The notes under the pieces are model-generated. The model was not told the origin of the DNA. It ran no database searches and saw only the letters and a list, made by a program, of their open reading frames with translations. Of a DNA stretch of 10,973 bases, positions 1 to 7,069 are shown piece after piece. The stretch is taken from the NCBI GenBank assembly GCA_038046625.1, contig JBBSVV010000007.1, positions 1 through 10,973 of the forward strand, in the 5' to 3' direction. The translations under genes and the position numbers were made by a program. The stretch comes from an archaeon (lineage in GTDB: Archaea > Iainarchaeota > Iainarchaeia > Iainarchaeales > Iainarchaeaceae). Each line of letters begins with the position of its first letter. Position 1 is the stretch's first letter.

Positions 1-294
1 CTCGAATTTGTGCTTCTCAAGAACATAGCCCGGCTCGTTCAATGTGGAGGCCGTGCCATCCGGAAAAATCACTTTAACGCCTTTCACGTGCTCCGAAATA
101 ACGCTCTCGGGCAATTTTATTCCCGTGTTTTGTGTAGCATACTCGCTTAGGCACTCGCCACAATGCACAGGCTCGCCAATTATTTCGTGGTCCTCAATAA
201 CAAGTGTTTTGAGGCCTTTTCTCGCGCAATGAAGCGCGCCCGAGCCGCCCGAGGGTCCCGCGCCGACAACTATCACATCATAGGTTTCTTCCAT
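1..294 (-). CDS. Geranylgeranyl reductase family FAD-dependent oxidoreductase (5' part; runs off the window start)
   Basis: Not in the ORF track. Manual translation from ATG at 294: MEETYDVIVVGAGPSGGSGALHCARKGLKTLVIEDHEIIGEPVHCGECLS...GYVLEKHKFE. It has a Rossmann GxGxxG motif followed by the PxxCG(E) motif typical of GGR/DGGR enzymes. TTTAAA at 318-323 fits a leaderless start. Confidence 0.88.
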   Translation of the reverse strand, partial: MEETYDVIVVGAGPSGGSGALHCARKGLKTLVIEDHEIIGEPVHCGECLSEYATQNTGIKLPESVISEHVKGVKVIFPDGTASTLNEPGYVLEKHKFE

Positions 295-317
295 GGCTAT
301 ACACTATGAAATACCCG

Positions 318-364
318 TTTAAATTTTAACGCCCGTTAATTTGCCGAAAAGTCTGTATTTAAAG
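318..364. promoter_or_regulatory. Divergent archaeal TATA boxes for the GGR (-) and HAD (+) genes
   Basis: TTTAAA at 318-323 lies ~25-30 nt before the ATG at 294 (- strand). TTTAAAG at 358-364 lies ~22-28 nt before the ATG at 386 (+ strand). Confidence 0.55.
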
Positions 365-385
365 AAGTGAACCTTTAACCTTATT

Positions 386-1282
386 ATGCAGATTCCGCGC
401 GTTCCACGCGTAAGGGACATTAAAACCAAGCTTTCATCGGCAAAGCTTCTCGGCATTGTCCTCAAGAATTCGCTGCAGTTCAAACTAAGGCGCAGCGCCT
501 TGCCGCATTACAAGGCCACCGAATTCAACACCGTAATTGTCGACATGGACGGAACCCTTTACAAGAGCGACGCCAACCTTGAAGGGCTGATGCTCGCGTT
601 TCCGGATATCGGGGAATCCGGCAAAAGCGGGGGCGAGGAAATTTACGATTCGCTCATAAAAAAAATCGCTTCGGGCGAGTACAGCGTTGAACAGGCCATA
701 ACCGAGGGGAACAAATTCTTCATCGCGAAAAAGCTCACGCGCCGCGACTTTTATCCCGTGCTCGACAAGATAAAGTCCGGCATAAGGCTCCCGCTCGTGG
801 TGGCGCTCAAGGACATAAAGAAAAGCGGCAAAACAATCGTCCTTGCAACTCTTTCCTCCAGGGATTTCGGGGAAATGCTGAACGCCCACTTCAAGCTCAA
901 ATTCGGTTTTGAATTCGATTTGGTGCTTGGAACAGAGCTTGAGTTCGATGCGGATGAAAGGATTGTGGGCGTGAAGAGCATTGTCGGCACCAAGGATTCG
1001 GAGTACGAGGGCATCCCCATAAAATCGAAGCTCACCGCGGTGAAGGAAGGCCTCGCCGCAAAGGGCATTGAATTCGACGCGAAAAAAGCGGTTCTGATAA
1101 CGGATTCCTACGGCGACATCGACCTCGCAAAGATGCTGGTGACGATACTCCTCAAGCCGAAGCACCCCACTACCGCGCAGAAGGTTTCGCACCGCCTCAG
1201 GCTCGCGGACTATATTTTGCCCGACAACCGCGATTTGAAGCAGAACCTCGAATCCATAATTCTCGGGCCTGAAGAAAAGTAA
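386..1282 (+). CDS. HAD-superfamily hydrolase (HAD-IB / phosphoserine phosphatase-like) with a basic N-terminal extension
   Basis: Motif I VIVDMDGTL, motif II region IVLATLSS, a SerB-like 'FDLVLGTELEFD' segment and motif IV-like TDSYGD. Confidence 0.8.
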   Translation: MQIPRVPRVRDIKTKLSSAKLLGIVLKNSLQFKLRRSALPHYKATEFNTVIVDMDGTLYKSDANLEGLMLAFPDIGESGKSGGEEIYDSLIKKIASGEYSVEQAITEGNKFFIAKKLTRRDFYPVLDKIKSGIRLPLVVALKDIKKSGKTIVLATLSSRDFGEMLNAHFKLKFGFEFDLVLGTELEFDADERIVGVKSIVGTKDSEYEGIPIKSKLTAVKEGLAAKGIEFDAKKAVLITDSYGDIDLAKMLVTILLKPKHPTTAQKVSHRLRLADYILPDNRDLKQNLESIILGPEEK

Positions 1283-1291
1283 TTTTTTTTT
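1283..1291 (+). terminator. Oligo-T archaeal terminator after the HAD gene
   Basis: T9 run immediately after the TAA stop, between convergent genes. Confidence 0.55.
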
Positions 1292-1301
1292 GGAAACGCA
1301 T

Positions 1302-2303
1302 TCAGAACTGCATCTTTACCGTTTCAACGCCCGCTTCCTTCAGCATTCCCAATGCGTTCTCCGCAAGAGGGTAATTCGCGTTGTAAACGACTTTTTTTAT
1401 CCCCGCATTGATAATCATTTTGCTGCAGGTGAGGCAGGGGCTGTAGGTGGCGTAAATCGTCCCGTTGGCTGTTGAAATCCCGTGGAACGAAGCCTGCACA
1501 ATGCAGTTCTCCTCCGCATGCGAGCACAGGCATTCGTCGAGCTTCGTGCCTTTCTCCGCAAAGGAATTGCACCTCGCGCAACCGCCTTCATTGCAGTTCT
1601 TCACCCCGCGCGGCGTGCCGTTGTAACCTGTGGAAACAATCCTTTTTTCGCGCACAATGACCGCGCCGACCTTGCGCTTCACGCAGTTGCTCCTCGAAGC
1701 GACTTCCTTTGCAATGTTCATGAAGTACTCGTCCCACGAGGGCCTCTTGAACTCCAAAGGAATCTGCAGCAGAAGCGAATCCGTTTTCGCGAAAAGATCC
1801 GCAAGCGTTGAGTTGTTTTCTATGCGCGCCTCAGCCATCTCCGCGCACTTGTCCAGCTGCTGCGCATTCTGGTCCCGAGACGAAGACTCGAGCTTCTCCA
1901 GTTTCCTGAACTCCCCGAAAGTCTTTGGGTCGCCTTCGCGCTTCCTCTTGACAATCCTTTCAAAGCGCGTTTTTTCGTCCGCGTGTATGCCCCACAAATG
2001 GAAATCCTGGAATTTTTTGAACTCGTTTATTTCATCCGGGTTGCGCAAAGAATCAATCACATAATTCCTGTCCTTCGGAATCCTCTCGATTATGCTTTTC
2101 GCGAGCACGCCGTTCCCGTGCTTTTTCCTCAGTTCATTGCCCTTGGTTATGAGCCTTTCGCGCGTGGCCTTCTCTCCCTCGCTTTCAAGGAGGCGCCTTA
2201 ATTCATCCGAAAGCGATTCGTACTGGAAGCTCTTGCTCTTCAGGTAATCGCAGACCGTTGTTTTTCCGGCGCAATACTTTCCCGTGATGCCTATTAAAAT
2301 CAA
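1302..2303 (-). CDS. P-loop NMP/dephospho-CoA-kinase-like domain fused to a dCMP/dCTP deaminase (ComEB-like) domain
   Basis: N-terminal Walker A IGITGKYCAGKTT and 'VIDSLRNPDE'. C-terminal RPSWDEYFMNIA...VGAVIV...STGYNGTP...HAEENC...SPCLTC carries the Zn-deaminase HAE and PCxxC motifs. Start re-assigned to the TTG at 2303 because the track's extension to 2450 runs through tRNA-Asp. Confidence 0.88.
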   Translation of the reverse strand: MILIGITGKYCAGKTTVCDYLKSKSFQYESLSDELRRLLESEGEKATRERLITKGNELRKKHGNGVLAKSIIERIPKDRNYVIDSLRNPDEINEFKKFQDFHLWGIHADEKTRFERIVKRKREGDPKTFGEFRKLEKLESSSRDQNAQQLDKCAEMAEARIENNSTLADLFAKTDSLLLQIPLEFKRPSWDEYFMNIAKEVASRSNCVKRKVGAVIVREKRIVSTGYNGTPRGVKNCNEGGCARCNSFAEKGTKLDECLCSHAEENCIVQASFHGISTANGTIYATYSPCLTCSKMIINAGIKKVVYNANYPLAENALGMLKEAGVETVKMQF

Positions 2304-2384
2304 TCCAAAAAACCCTTGTAGAATTAGGCGTGAACCCCTTAAAATTTGTTCCGCAGATGTCAACCCCCCGGGCTGGCTTTCCAT

Positions 2385-2456
2385 CGCCGCCACCGGGAAT
2401 CGAACCCGGATCTCGACCGTGACAGGGTCGCATCTTAACCACTGGACCATGGCGGC
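2385..2456 (-). tRNA. tRNA-Asp (GUC)
   Basis: Minus strand GCCGCCA-TG-GTCCAGTGGTTAAGAT-G-CGACC-CTGTCAC-GGTCG-AGAT-CCGGG-TTCGATT-CCCGG-TGGCGGC-G forms a full cloverleaf, with discriminator G and no encoded CCA. Confidence 0.97.
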
Positions 2457-2500
2457 AAAAAACAGCTGAAGTAATGTATTTCAGAAAGCTTTAAATTGCT

Positions 2501-2818
2501 TTATAGGTCGACGAACCTTCCGCGTTCCCTTTCATATGCCCTTATGCGTTTGTCGAGGTTTTCAAGCATTAGAAGCAGGTTCGCGGCGCTTGCGGGCTCG
2601 AGATGCGAGGATTTCATCTGCTTCTGGAGCTTCTTCAGTTCAGCCCCGAACGTTTGCCTTATTTGCCCGTCAGCTCCAATTTTTCCTGCAGCCCTTTTCC
2701 ATATTGCATGAATCACGCCGTTTATCCTTGTGCGCGTTTTTGCCGGGTCACCGTTCGGTTTTGGTGCGCGCCCGGTTTCCAGAAGTTTTTTCTCCATCGC
2801 TCTTCTGTTATATGGCAT
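2501..2818 (-). CDS. Hypothetical basic helical protein
   Basis: 105-aa ORF filling the gap between neighbouring features on the same strand, K/R-rich, with no recognised motif. Confidence 0.65.
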   Translation of the reverse strand: MPYNRRAMEKKLLETGRAPKPNGDPAKTRTRINGVIHAIWKRAAGKIGADGQIRQTFGAELKKLQKQMKSSHLEPASAANLLLMLENLDKRIRAYERERGRFVDL

Positions 2819-2889
2819 GTGGATTACTTATCAGTTTTTGAGGTTAAAAAACAATTCGTTTCAGAGGGCTAGTTATTAGGGGCAAAGCA

Positions 2890-3159
2890 CTATTGGCGAG
2901 TTTTAATTTTACGCTTTGGCCAGAGGTTTTGTCTTTGCCGGGTTCCAAGTTGTCTTGCTATTTCTCTAAGTGCTTTAATATTTCCCAAGTAAGAAGTGTC
3001 TTCAGTTATGCCCTGTAGTTTAAGCATTTTGCTAACCCTTGCAGCCCTTGCATTAGCTTTTCGAATTTGCCTCAAAGTATTTTTGCGCGCAGCGGATGCC
3101 CTAAGCTTGAGGATTCTCTTTTTTCTAACCAATCTTAAAGGGTGGAATTTGCCAGGCAT
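2890..3159 (-). CDS. Hypothetical very basic protein
   Basis: 89-aa K/R-rich ORF in a visibly AT-richer patch. TTTTTATAG on the - strand ~25-30 nt upstream (3182-3190) fits a leaderless start. Confidence 0.65.
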   Translation of the reverse strand: MPGKFHPLRLVRKKRILKLRASAARKNTLRQIRKANARAARVSKMLKLQGITEDTSYLGNIKALREIARQLGTRQRQNLWPKRKIKTRQ

Positions 3160-3198
3160 GATTAATTATTACTTTCTTGACCTATAAAAACAATTCTT

Positions 3199-4125
3199 TT
3201 ATGTGGCAGTTTTCCTTATTTTTGCATAAAAGAACGCCTGCGAATCATTGTCCTGCGGGTAAATGCGCACCGCTTTCCCCATTGCTGAATCAAACTTTTT
3301 TCCATTGTACCGCAACAGCCCCGGGCGCGTTTCAAAGCCCCTGACTTTCGCCTCAACAAGCTCCGCCTCTCCTTCATCAATAAGGCTCTGCACTACTTCC
3401 TCATTCTCTTCAGGGCTTAACGAGCAAGTGCTGTAAACCATTTCACCGTTCTGCTTCAGAGTTTCAAGGCACTTCAATGCCAGTTTTTTCTGCAGCTCCG
3501 ATTTCCACAGAACCAGTTCATTGCTCCAGTCCTTCAGCGCATCAAAATCCTTTCTCACGAGGCCTTCGGAGCTGCACGGAGCATCCAAAAGTATTTTGTC
3601 AAAAATACCTTTCCTGTGCGCATCAAGGAGGTCCATGCGCTTCTCAATCACATTTTTCAGGCCGAATTTCCTCATGTTGAAGCGAAGGCTCCTGAACCTT
3701 TCAACGTTCTTTTCCACGGCAACCACCCTGCCTGCTCCGTTCATGAGCGTCGCCAATTGAAGCGTCTTGTTTCCGGGAGCAGCCGTCGCATCAAGCACAA
3801 CATCCTTTCTCTGTGGGGCGAGGCAAATTGCGGGAAGCATTGAAGCCTTTTCCTGCAGGTTGAACAAACCATTTTTGAATTCTTCACTCGAGCCCGGCTT
3901 TTCCACATCAACGAGCTCAAAAGCGTTTTCGTGAAACAGTTCCTTTAGTTCCCAGCCTTTTTTCCGCAAATCCTTCGCAAGAATAGCGGGGCGAATTTGC
4001 AGCGAGTTCACCCAAATTCCTTTCGGCATCTTCCGCGTGCAGAAATCGAAAAAAGTTTCCGCTTCGGCGCCCATGAGCTCCGAGTATTTTTTCCTGAATT
4101 CCTGCGGAATGAAAGTCTGCGGCAT
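3199..4125 (-). CDS. RsmB/NOL1/NOP2/sun family RNA m5C methyltransferase
   Basis: SAM-binding VLDATAAPGNKT, motif IV DKILLDAPCSSEG, motif VI MVYSTCSLSPEENE and C-terminal 'AFFYAKIRK'. Start placed at ATG 4125 (MPQTF) from TATAAAA at 4149-4155; ATG 4140 is the alternative. Confidence 0.93.
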   Translation of the reverse strand: MPQTFIPQEFRKKYSELMGAEAETFFDFCTRKMPKGIWVNSLQIRPAILAKDLRKKGWELKELFHENAFELVDVEKPGSSEEFKNGLFNLQEKASMLPAICLAPQRKDVVLDATAAPGNKTLQLATLMNGAGRVVAVEKNVERFRSLRFNMRKFGLKNVIEKRMDLLDAHRKGIFDKILLDAPCSSEGLVRKDFDALKDWSNELVLWKSELQKKLALKCLETLKQNGEMVYSTCSLSPEENEEVVQSLIDEGEAELVEAKVRGFETRPGLLRYNGKKFDSAMGKAVRIYPQDNDSQAFFYAKIRKTAT

Positions 4126-4210
4126 GAATCTAACTTGCATTGAAACTATTTTATAGCAAACCGCGCAGCAAATGAATAGCTAGTTGCCCTAGAATGAGCC
4201 TTGATGCCAT

Positions 4211-5047
4211 TTACGCTTCGTCGTAAATGTAGATTGCAATCACTTTCTGTATTGCCAGGCCTTCCTTCGATGTTCCGGCAGTGAACTCCGCCCTCTTTAT
4301 CCTCAAAGGGTAAGGGTTATTCAGGTCAAGGTAAACCGTGCCATCTATGTCGGAGTTGAATACTTTGCCGTCATTTGAAGTTAGCGTGTACCATCTCACC
4401 ATGCCTGGAATAACTCCGGGGCCGAAGAACGGGTCACTCCCGCCGCTGTAAACCAGGCCTATCATTGCCTTGTCAATTTGGGCAGGTATCTTGTACTCTA
4501 TTTCCCTGTAAACGTTATCCGCGGAAGTGTAGAAGTTTCCCGGGCCGTAGTGCCACACCAAGGTTGCGGGAACCGCATTCTGCGCCGCTGTCAGGCTTGC
4601 CTGGCACGCCGCCTTGTCCGCATTGCAGGAATTCAATGAGTCATTGCATGCTGATTTGCCAGAAACGCACTGGGTTAAGCTGGTGTTGCAGGTGGTGAGC
4701 GAATCGTTTGCCTTTTCCTTGTCCGCACTGCATTTGTCAAGCTTTGCCTGGAGAGCGTTCTCATTACACTCCTGCACCGGGCATTCTGTCACTTCGCATG
4801 CGGGGCATGTTTTGTTTTCACACTCGGCTTTTCCTTTCTCGCACTGCGAAATGCTTTCGCGCGCAGAAACAAGCGCGGCGCTCGCCGCATTGTAGTCCGA
4901 CTGCGCCTGGCGCAGTTCCACCTGTGCTATAGAGGCATCCGCCTTGGCATCAATCTCTCCGATGCCCTGGTCGTTTCCGGTCTGAATGGTGACGCACCCA
5001 AAAAGGTAAACCGAAATAATCAGTACAAATAGCAATCCTGCCCTCAT
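4211..5047 (-). CDS. Secreted/lipoprotein with a Cys-heptad coiled-coil stalk and a C-terminal beta-rich domain
   Basis: MRAGLLFVLIISVYLFG-C has a hydrophobic signal with a lipobox-like LFGC. The middle region has Cys every 7 residues. The C-terminal region is aromatic/Gly-rich and globular-looking. Confidence 0.8.
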   Translation of the reverse strand: MRAGLLFVLIISVYLFGCVTIQTGNDQGIGEIDAKADASIAQVELRQAQSDYNAASAALVSARESISQCEKGKAECENKTCPACEVTECPVQECNENALQAKLDKCSADKEKANDSLTTCNTSLTQCVSGKSACNDSLNSCNADKAACQASLTAAQNAVPATLVWHYGPGNFYTSADNVYREIEYKIPAQIDKAMIGLVYSGGSDPFFGPGVIPGMVRWYTLTSNDGKVFNSDIDGTVYLDLNNPYPLRIKRAEFTAGTSKEGLAIQKVIAIYIYDEA

Positions 5048-5168
5048 TTTTTCACTCAAGCCATTTTAATATCGTTAAAATAATACGAATATTAGAGTTC
5101 TCCGATATAAAAACTTTCCGATTTGCTGTTTTCCTGGTGCGCATTTTTTCTGGGCAAGGCTGTGGCTT

Positions 5169-5495
5169 TCACTTGTCCACCAGCTCGAGCACAACTATCG
5201 AGGACAACCCCAGCATTATTCCCGCTATCTGCATCCCTGAAAGCTGCTCTTTGAAATAAATCCAGCTCACAATGGAAAGCGTAACCACATTGAAAATTAC
5301 GAAAATCACGGATGCAACGGCAATGTTCTTAGATTTGAAGCTCTGTGCGAGAAAATTCAATCCAATGAGATAAATCCCGAGGCCGAGAACGTAGAGCCAC
5401 ACTTTGTCGGTCTGCACCCATTGCTTCATCACAATATCCCCAACCGTCAGTATTATTCCGCCTATTGCGAGAAGGATAATGGCCATGTCATTCAT
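5169..5495 (-). CDS. Small 4-TM DMT/SMR-like membrane transporter
   Basis: 108 aa from MNDMAIILL with four hydrophobic segments, 'NIAVA' and 'YFKEQLSGMQIAGIMLGL' (SMR/EamA C-terminal signature). The track's N-terminal extension overlaps the ferredoxin gene and is discarded. Confidence 0.85.
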   Translation of the reverse strand: MNDMAIILLAIGGIILTVGDIVMKQWVQTDKVWLYVLGLGIYLIGLNFLAQSFKSKNIAVASVIFVIFNVVTLSIVSWIYFKEQLSGMQIAGIMLGLSSIVVLELVDK

Positions 5496-5555
5496 GCTGA
5501 AATTGTGCGCCGAACAAGTTTTTAGGAGTGTTGCTGCAGAAATGTTTTGGTTCGA

Positions 5556-5879
5556 ATGTTTTCTTTCAAAAAGCACGTCCTCGTATGCACTTCGGAAAAG
5601 CTCGGGCATTGCGCGGAAAAAGGCGGTCCTGAATTGCTCACTGCTTTCCGCGAGGAGATTGCGAAGCGCGGCCTGCAGAACGAAATTTACGTCACCAAAA
5701 CCGGCTGCACCTCGCAGCATCACTGCGGGCCCACGGTAATAATTTACCCTGACGGCGTGTGGTACAAGTTGGTTACAAAAGAGGACATTCCTGAAATAAT
5801 CGAGTCGCACCTGCTCGGCGGAAAAATTGTTGAAAGGATCCTGAACAGGGAAATAGGCCTGTTCAGGAAACAGGCATAA
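5556..5879 (+). CDS. Thioredoxin-like [2Fe-2S] ferredoxin
   Basis: KHVLVC-x7-C(AEKG)...TGCTSQHHCGPTVIIYPDGVWY...EIIESHLLGGKIVERI matches the Trx-like 2Fe-2S pattern. Start at ATG 5556. Confidence 0.9.
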   Translation: MFSFKKHVLVCTSEKLGHCAEKGGPELLTAFREEIAKRGLQNEIYVTKTGCTSQHHCGPTVIIYPDGVWYKLVTKEDIPEIIESHLLGGKIVERILNREIGLFRKQA

Positions 5880-6018
5880 AACGGGTTTATTCTGCTCTAA
5901 TTCGGCTTTTCTGAATCCGCGGCCCGAATGTTAGGCTTGCCATATAATTATATTCTCTTTGAAGGTGTTATGAAATATGCTGCCATTCAGGCGGCTGTAC
6001 TTTAAGGGAGGTGGATGT

Positions 6019-6162
6019 ATGGATATGAAAAGTTCTGACATGGTTTACGCGGTTTGCAACGACTGTCACACGTTTAAAATGGGCCACAAGTCATTCAAGA
6101 GCAAGAAAGGTTTCATGATTTGTGACGGTTGCGGGGAAAGTCTGCACGAACTTAAGTGGTAA
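6019..6162 (+). CDS. Zn-finger microprotein (CxxC-x18-CxxC), 47 aa
   Basis: MDMKSSDMVYAVCNDCHTFKMGHKSFKSKKGFMICDGCGESLHELKW. Strong SD GGAGGTGG at 6007-6014 and a T-rich tract after the stop. Confidence 0.72.
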   Translation: MDMKSSDMVYAVCNDCHTFKMGHKSFKSKKGFMICDGCGESLHELKW

Positions 6163-6164
6163 AT

Positions 6165-6452
6165 TCAATCTGCTTTTTTCCTTTTTTTCTTCTTTTTTTG
6201 TCTTATTTGCCTGCCGGAAGCCAGCTCAATTTTCTTTTTCCGCGGAAACGACTTTATCTCGAGCTCACGCCTCATTGCAGAACCGATGCCCCGTTTCCTT
6301 TCAAAATAAACCAATTTCACTGGCCTGTGCGAGCGCGTATAACGTGCGCCTGTTCCTTTATTGTGCGCTTCCACGCGCGCTTCGAGATTTTTTGTGTAGC
6401 CGCAGTAAAAGCTTTTGTCGCGGCATCTGAGAAGATAGACAAAGTGCGGCAT
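6165..6452 (-). CDS. GIY-YIG nuclease family protein (UPF0213/YazA-like)
   Basis: FVYLLRCRDKSFYCGYTKNLEARVEAHNKGTGARYTRSHRPVKLVYFE...AMRRELEIK is the standalone GIY-YIG pattern. Confidence 0.92.
   Translation of the reverse strand: MPHFVYLLRCRDKSFYCGYTKNLEARVEAHNKGTGARYTRSHRPVKLVYFERKRGIGSAMRRELEIKSFPRKKKIELASGRQIRQKKKKKRKKAD
6173..6199 (+). terminator. T-rich terminator tract after the Zn-finger gene (read as a poly-Lys tail by the opposite GIY-YIG ORF)
   Basis: CTTTTTTCCTTTTTTTCTTCTTTTTTT just downstream of the stop at 6162. Confidence 0.5.
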
Positions 6453-6458
6453 GCCGTT

Positions 6459-6740
6459 TCATTTCCTGTAAATGCTGTCGTGGTGGTCGAAGTCCTCGAA
6501 GAACACGAATTTCCTATTTTTGTAGTATCTGAATGTCAGCACAAAACTCTTGTCGATGTGCACGCGTTTCAGGTCGCTCTGGCCATGCCTCAGATTTTTG
6601 AAATGCTCGATTCCGTATTCATCCGAATCGGCTATCTGCAGTATTTTCTTCCAGATAATGTCGGCCCTATGCGGGTCACATTTCACGAGTTTCCTGATGG
6701 TTGCTTTCAGCTGCTCGGAAAGGTCGTACTCAAGCGGCAC
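6459..6740 (-). CDS. RelE/ParE-superfamily toxin (putative mRNA interferase)
   Basis: 93 aa, GTG start. 'KKILQI...HFKNLR...LKRVHIDKSFVLTF...DFDHHDSIY' is RelE-fold-like, and the gene lies 4 nt downstream of an antitoxin-like gene. Confidence 0.82.
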   Translation of the reverse strand: MPLEYDLSEQLKATIRKLVKCDPHRADIIWKKILQIADSDEYGIEHFKNLRHGQSDLKRVHIDKSFVLTFRYYKNRKFVFFEDFDHHDSIYRK

Positions 6741-6744
6741 AAAT

Positions 6745-7005
6745 TCACTTCCCGAATAACGCGTCGAGTTCCTTATCGGTCATTCTCCTGTTTGGATACT
6801 TCCTGAAATGTTCCTCCTCTATTTTCAGGAGCTTCTGTATGTACTCTTCCCTGACTTCCCTGTCAACATACTCGTCTCCGTGCAGCTCCGCGAACTTGTC
6901 CAGCGCCTGTGCCTTGTCCCTGAGACCGTACTTCTCCTTTATCACGCCAAGCACGCGGCTCGTGTAATTCTTCACCTTCACGTTCATGGTTACGCTTTCA
7001 GCCAT
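6745..7005 (-). CDS. Putative antitoxin, DUF2683-like
   Basis: 'RVLGVIKEKYGLRDKAQALDKFAE...EVREEYIQKLLKIE' resembles the archaeal DUF2683 family. It precedes the RelE-like gene and has a GGTGA SD-like sequence upstream. Confidence 0.78.
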   Translation of the reverse strand: MAESVTMNVKVKNYTSRVLGVIKEKYGLRDKAQALDKFAELHGDEYVDREVREEYIQKLLKIEEEHFRKYPNRRMTDKELDALFGK

Positions 7006-7026
7006 ATAATCTCACCTAATATAGAA

Positions 7027-7049
7027 TTAGTTGAACTAACTTATAAATA
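7027..7049 (-). promoter_or_regulatory. Promoter of the antitoxin-RelE operon: TATA box plus palindromic operator
   Basis: TTATAAATA at 7041-7049 (TATA-like on both strands) abuts the inverted repeat TTAGTT-G-AACTAA at 7027-7039. Confidence 0.6.
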
Positions 7050-7069
7050 TTTGGTTGGTCCTGGCAGAT

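Noticed and set aside
485..1192. 235-aa antisense ORF and the other long shadow ORFs
   Set aside because: They lie opposite or out of frame to motif-supported genes and lack motifs.
2304..2450. N-terminal extension of the 382-aa ORF (and ORF 2203..2442)
   Set aside because: It reads through the tRNA-Asp gene, and the kinase domain begins at the TTG at 2303.
5496..5810. N-terminal half of the 213-aa ORF as a fusion to the transporter
   Set aside because: It is antisense to the ferredoxin gene, and the transporter is complete from ATG 5495.
6156..6806. 216-aa + strand ORF
   Set aside because: It is antisense to the GIY-YIG and RelE genes and begins in a T-rich terminator tract.
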